From NCBI RefSeq assembly GCF_965263005.1, contig NZ_OZ253579.1, forward strand, positions 1,991,136-2,055,135: a stretch of 64,000 nucleotides of DNA. Direction: 5' to 3'. The first letter of the stretch is position 1; each line of letters opens with the position of its first letter. The notes beneath the pieces were generated by a model that saw nothing but the letters and a program-made list of their open reading frames with translations, searched no databases and was not told the origin of the DNA. This DNA is from Candidatus Rariloculus sp. (GTDB taxonomy: Bacteria > Pseudomonadota > Gammaproteobacteria > Steroidobacterales > Rariloculaceae). This document shows, piece by piece, positions 60,140 through 64,000 of this stretch. Made by a program: the position numbers and the translations under genes.

Positions 60140-61648
60140 TTACCCGTCGGCGGAGGCCCAGTCGAAGGATCGTGTGACGGCCTTTTGCCACGACCGGTAT
60201 AGACGGGCGCGCTCAGATTCTGCCATGGCCGGCTCGAATCGTCTGTCGAGGGCCCAGTTGCGCTTCAGATCCTCGTGGTCTGTCCAGTAGCCGACGGCGA
60301 GACCGGCAGCGTAAGCGGCGCCGAGCGCCGTCGTTTCGGTAATCTTCGGCCTCAGGACCGGGGCGTCGAGAATGTCCGATTGAAACTGCATGAGCAGATC
60401 GTTGGCGACCATTCCGCCGTCAGCGCGAAGCGCCTTGACCGGGATGCCGGAATCCTGCTCCATCGCCTCGAGAACTTCGCGGGTCTGAAATGCCGTTGCC
60501 TCGAGCGCCGCGCGCGCGATGTGGTTGCGGTTTGCGTACCGGGTCAGGCCGACGATGCAACCGCGTGCACTCGCTTTCCAATGCGGCGCGTAAAGGCCCG
60601 AGAACGCCGGCACGAAATAGACGTCGCCGTTGTCGTCGACCTCGCGCGCCAACACTTCGACGTCGCTGCTGTTCTCGATGAGTCCGAGATTGTCGCGCAG
60701 CCACTGCACCAGTGCACCCGTGATCGCGATCGAACCCTCGAGCGCATAACACGGTCTATCGGCGCCGAGCTTGTAGGCGACGGTCGTCAGCAGCCCGGCC
60801 GCCGACGGCACGGCCTCGGCTCCGGTATTCATGAGCACGAAGCAGCCTGTCCCATAGGTGTTCTTGGCCTCGCCCGGCTCGAAACAGGCTTGACCGACGA
60901 GCGCGGCCTGCTGGTCCCCGAGGATGCCGGCGATCCGTGTATCGGCGAGCGCCCCGCCTTCGGCCGACCCGTAGATCTCGCTCGATGGAACGATGCTCGG
61001 CAATACGGAGCGCGGCACGTCGAAGGCCGCGAGCAAACCGTCGTCCCAGTCGAGCGTCGCGAGGTTCATGAGCTGGGTGCGGCTTGCGTTCGTGACGTCG
61101 GTGATGTGCAAGCCGTTCAGTGTCCCGCCCGTGAGATTCCAGACGAGCCAGGAGTCGACGGTGCCGAATAGTACGTCGCCCGCGTCGGCCCTGGCGCGCG
61201 CATCGGGCACATGATCGAGCAGCCACTTGAGTTTCAGTCCGCTGAAGTAACTTGCGAGCGGCAAGCCCGTCGCGGCGCGGAACCGGTCCTGGCCGCCTTC
61301 TCGGGCATAGGCGGCCACGAGTCCGTCGACGCGCGTGTCCTGCCAGACGAGCGCGTTGTGAAGCGGCGCGCCGGTGCGCCGATCCCAGAGCACCGTCGTT
61401 TCTCGCTGATTCGTGATCCCGACCGCGGCGATGTCCCGCGGCGAGAGCTTCGCCTGAGACAGTGCGCTTGCGATGACCTCCTGCGTGTTTCGCCAGATTT
61501 CCGCCGGGTCGTGCTCCACCCAGCCTGGCTTCGGAAAGATTTGCTCGTGCGCCTTGCGCGCATCCGAAATCACGCTGCCCGCGTGATCGAATACGATGAA
61601 TCGAGTGCTCGTCGTGCCTTGATCAATGGCGCCGATATAGTTGGCCAT
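60140..61648 (-). CDS. glpK: Glycerol kinase
   Basis: 502-aa ORF with the N-terminus [18 protein letters not shown]...GWVEHDP.EIW...[11 protein letters not shown] and other FGGY kinase signatures. Confidence 0.95.
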   Translation of the reverse strand: MANYIGAIDQGTTSTRFIVFDHAGSVISDARKAHEQIFPKPGWVEHDPAEIWRNTQEVIASALSQAKLSPRDIAAVGITNQRETTVLWDRRTGAPLHNALVWQDTRVDGLVAAYAREGGQDRFRAATGLPLASYFSGLKLKWLLDHVPDARARADAGDVLFGTVDSWLVWNLTGGTLNGLHITDVTNASRTQLMNLATLDWDDGLLAAFDVPRSVLPSIVPSSEIYGSAEGGALADTRIAGILGDQQAALVGQACFEPGEAKNTYGTGCFVLMNTGAEAVPSAAGLLTTVAYKLGADRPCYALEGSIAITGALVQWLRDNLGLIENSSDVEVLAREVDDNGDVYFVPAFSGLYAPHWKASARGCIVGLTRYANRNHIARAALEATAFQTREVLEAMEQDSGIPVKALRADGGMVANDLLMQFQSDILDAPVLRPKITETTALGAAYAAGLAVGYWTDHEDLKRNWALDRRFEPAMAESERARLYRSWQKAVTRSFDWASADG

Positions 61649-61684
61649 GGCGTGTTCGCTTCCCTGAATATGGTTGCTTCGCGC

Positions 61685-62806
61685 CTATTCGCCGCCGCCG
61701 ATGAATTCGGGCACGTCGCAGACGCGGCATTGAACGTCCTCGATCGGCTCGCGATCGGCGAGATTCGCAACCCAGTCGCGGATGCGGACTCCGTCGACAT
61801 GCTGCGAATAGAACTCCGGACGCTGCAGGATTGTGTGTACGTCACCGCCCGCGATGTAAGAACGGAAGTTCGGAACCGCGCTTCTGATGTCGTTCTGATT
61901 GGCCAGGATCAGATCGAGCAGCGAACCCGTTCGGTGGCCGGCCAGGGCGAGGAACTGTTTTTGCACGCCGTCCTCCGCATGGTCGAACGCTGCGAACGTG
62001 ATCTCGGGGTAACGCCGCGCCGCCGCGACATAGAGGCTCTCGAACGTGAATTCGCCCACGGGCATGTCGGCAAATTCGGGCAGATATGAAAGCTCGTCCA
62101 GCGTGCCCCACATTTCCTCGGGCGCGACCCTCATGAGTTCGCGGCGATAGCCGCTCGAGCCGTCGCCGAGCTGCGAGATCGCGGCCGATTCGTAGTGCTC
62201 GGCGATCAGCATCGTGAAGTAAGGCGAAGGGATCGACCCCGCGCTCGAACCCGTGACGAACACCGCCGAAGGCGTGAGAAAGTGCGAGTAAACCCAGTCC
62301 AGGACTGCGCGGGCGTTGGTCATTCCGTTATGTCTCACGGTCACGTCGTGGGGGCCGTGCTCTTCGACCGCGGGAGCCTCGTAGGTCGTCACGCGGTTAC
62401 CGAGGTGCACGTCGCCGGTGCAGTACGGCGCGTACACCGCGCTGTAGCCGGCGAAAGGATTCTCGGGATTCCCGAAGTCGAAGATGCCGTTCGCTCTATC
62501 GGGGTCCGTCCCGTCGGTGTTGATCGTGTGACTCGGCTCGAGGTCCGGGTCGCACGTCATCCCGTTCCAGCACGCACCGCCGCCCTGGAAGTACACGAGC
62601 AAACGTTCCGGCTGCCCGGGGCGGACGAAGAACCGGTACGGCGAGCCGTCGGAGCAGGTCGTGTCTGCGCCAGGTTCGATGGTGTTCCAGCCGGTGTCGA
62701 GATCGTCGAGCAGGGCAACGGCCTCGGGCGCGCCGCCGTCACAGGCCGTGAGCGTGCAAACGAGCAGGCCGATCGTGAGCGCTTCGATAGGGACGGGGCA
62801 TCGCAT
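61685..62806 (-). CDS. Pectin-acetylesterase-family (PAE/Notum-like) alpha/beta hydrolase, lipoprotein
   Basis: 373-aa ORF with the lipobox LLVCTLTAC and motifs LLVYFQGGGACWNGMTC, YCTGDVHLGN and VTGSSAGS. Confidence 0.7.
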   Translation of the reverse strand: MRCPVPIEALTIGLLVCTLTACDGGAPEAVALLDDLDTGWNTIEPGADTTCSDGSPYRFFVRPGQPERLLVYFQGGGACWNGMTCDPDLEPSHTINTDGTDPDRANGIFDFGNPENPFAGYSAVYAPYCTGDVHLGNRVTTYEAPAVEEHGPHDVTVRHNGMTNARAVLDWVYSHFLTPSAVFVTGSSAGSIPSPYFTMLIAEHYESAAISQLGDGSSGYRRELMRVAPEEMWGTLDELSYLPEFADMPVGEFTFESLYVAAARRYPEITFAAFDHAEDGVQKQFLALAGHRTGSLLDLILANQNDIRSAVPNFRSYIAGGDVHTILQRPEFYSQHVDGVRIRDWVANLADREPIEDVQCRVCDVPEFIGGGE

Positions 62807-62881
62807 GCGGGGTCCTCCTGAATTTCGTCCTCGTGTGTTCGGCGTCGCCGCCGGATCGGCCGATATCGCAACGGCGGGCAG

Positions 62882-63178
62882 TTACGATTCCTCGCTCACG
62901 GTAACGCGGTCGGGATAAAACGCGAGGTGACCTGCGATGGCCGCCACTGCCGCATGCGGGGTTTCATAGCTCCAAACGCTGTTCTCGGCCGTCCGCTCGC
63001 CGACCTTGATCGTGAAGTAAGCCGCGTCACCCTTGAATGGGCAGTTCGTCGAGCGTGCGGTCCGCTCAAGAACGCTCACGTCGACGTCATCGCGGGGAAT
63101 GTAATTGACTCCGGGGTATGTCGCCTCGGTCAATTTCAGTGCGCGGACCGTGTTGGCGACCTTGTGACCGTTGAACAT
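62882..63178 (-). CDS. DUF427-domain protein (the first ATG gives an N-terminally short product; see finding)
   Basis: 98-aa ORF with ...YPGVNYIPRDDVD...LERT...T.CPFKGDAAYF..., typical of DUF427. Conserved-looking sequence (IPGPDHPISIDANPRRVIV) continues in frame upstream of the ATG. Confidence 0.7.
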   Translation of the reverse strand: MFNGHKVANTVRALKLTEATYPGVNYIPRDDVDVSVLERTARSTNCPFKGDAAYFTIKVGERTAENSVWSYETPHAAVAAIAGHLAFYPDRVTVSEES

Positions 63179-63258
63179 GACGATGACGCGCCGCGGGTTC
63201 GCGTCGATCGAAATCGGATGATCGGGCCCCGGGATTCTGATGGCGGAATCTCCGTCAG

Positions 63259-64000
63259 CTAGTCGGAGCCGATGAGCGAGCGCAGCAACGCAGCCGTGCT
63301 GTCACGGACGACGCCTTCGCGGCCCGAGAAGCCGAATCCGCCAGCCAGCCCCAAAGCCGTGTCGAGCGGCGTGAAGCCGTTGCTGTCTTTCGCGGTGAGA
63401 TTCGCACCTCGAGCGGTGAGGGCGGTAACGACGTCGTCGTAACCCTGCAGTGCCGCGCCGTGCATCGCGGTGCGGCCGCGCGAATCCTCCGCGTTGATGT
63501 CGAGGCCCTGCTCGAGCAGGATATCGATCGCTTCGATGGCTTGCGCCTGGGTCTTGTAGCGCCCGGTCGTGTCCTGTTCCGTGGTGCCGACGCCTGCCGC
63601 GAGCATCATTGCATTGACACCCCGGTCCGTCGCCAGCGTCGGATCGGCGCCGTGCTCGAGCAGCAGGCGCATCGCCGGGATGTCGCCGGCCTTGGCCGCG
63701 CGCAGCAGCGCGGTCGTGCCCCCGCGGAGCACCGTGTCGTTGCCGCGGTCGAGCTTGGCCCGATAAGGCGCCTGTTCATCGAGCCGGACGTTCGCATCGG
63801 CGCCGCGCTCGAGCAGCATTCGCATGACGTCGAGCGCCGTATGCTCGTTGCCGAGCACGTCCGGCGCCGGTCGATTCGACTTCGGCATCGTGTTGAAATC
63901 AGTGGCCGCGTAAAGGGCGCTGCGCCCGGTGTCATCGACGAGGTTGGGATCCGTTCCGGCCTCGACCAGCGCGGCGGCGACGTCGTAGTGGCCGTTTATC
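63259..64000 (-). CDS. Ankyrin-repeat protein; its 5' end lies beyond the right edge of the window
   Basis: Track ORF 63259..63888. My in-frame translation upstream of its Met continues open to position 64000 with more repeat sequence (...INGHYDVAAALVEAGTDPNLVDDTGRSALYAA...). Repeats of the form G.TAL..AA..G......LL..GADP are present. Confidence 0.8.
   Translation of the reverse strand, partial: INGHYDVAAALVEAGTDPNLVDDTGRSALYAATDFNTMPKSNRPAPDVLGNEHTALDVMRMLLERGADANVRLDEQAPYRAKLDRGNDTVLRGGTTALLRAAKAGDIPAMRLLLEHGADPTLATDRGVNAMMLAAGVGTTEQDTTGRYKTQAQAIEAIDILLEQGLDINAEDSRGRTAMHGAALQGYDDVVTALTARGANLTAKDSNGFTPLDTALGLAGGFGFSGREGVVRDSTAALLRSLIGSD

Overview
High-GC (roughly two-thirds G+C by eye) Gram-negative, proteobacterial-type chromosomal segment. 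It is densely coding on both strands, with about 55 protein genes. I recognised no rRNA, tRNA or CRISPR array. Content is dominated by envelope, periplasmic and catabolic functions: a six-gene hydantoinase-M24-PrpD-MFS operon (1-8856, minus strand), an AmiD-type amidase, a tannase-family esterase, a TonB-dependent receptor, two Cys-type sulfatases, czcCBA heavy-metal RND efflux, a PQQ sugar dehydrogenase, a p-cresol-methylhydroxylase-like flavocytochrome pair, a MacAB-like ABC efflux set, a kexin-like S8 protease, a lactate permease and glpK-glpF. Five things stand out. (i) An all-secreted cluster at 14.2-21.9 kb. A DUF6152-like/lipocalin-like gene pair is divergent from four signal-peptide proteins that carry CxxCH heme motifs, a degenerate heavy-metal-binding domain, an LVIVD-type propeller and a PHM-like domain. 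The gene pair recurs as one fused gene at 51971-52987, and both versions are predicted to mature to an N-terminal His-His. (ii) A ~58-bp repeat present three times in the same orientation (34905, 40795, 53861). Its hairpin substitutions stay pairable only as plus-strand RNA. (iii) A decay zone (25.2-26.3 kb) holding fragments of an IS1634-type transposase, a TonB receptor and other genes. (iv) A tandemly duplicated LysR HTH module. (v) A small vapBC islet with its own promoter and operator. Many long ORFs in the supplied track are antisense shadows typical of high-GC DNA and were rejected. All family assignments come from reading the translations by eye and recall. No database search was run.
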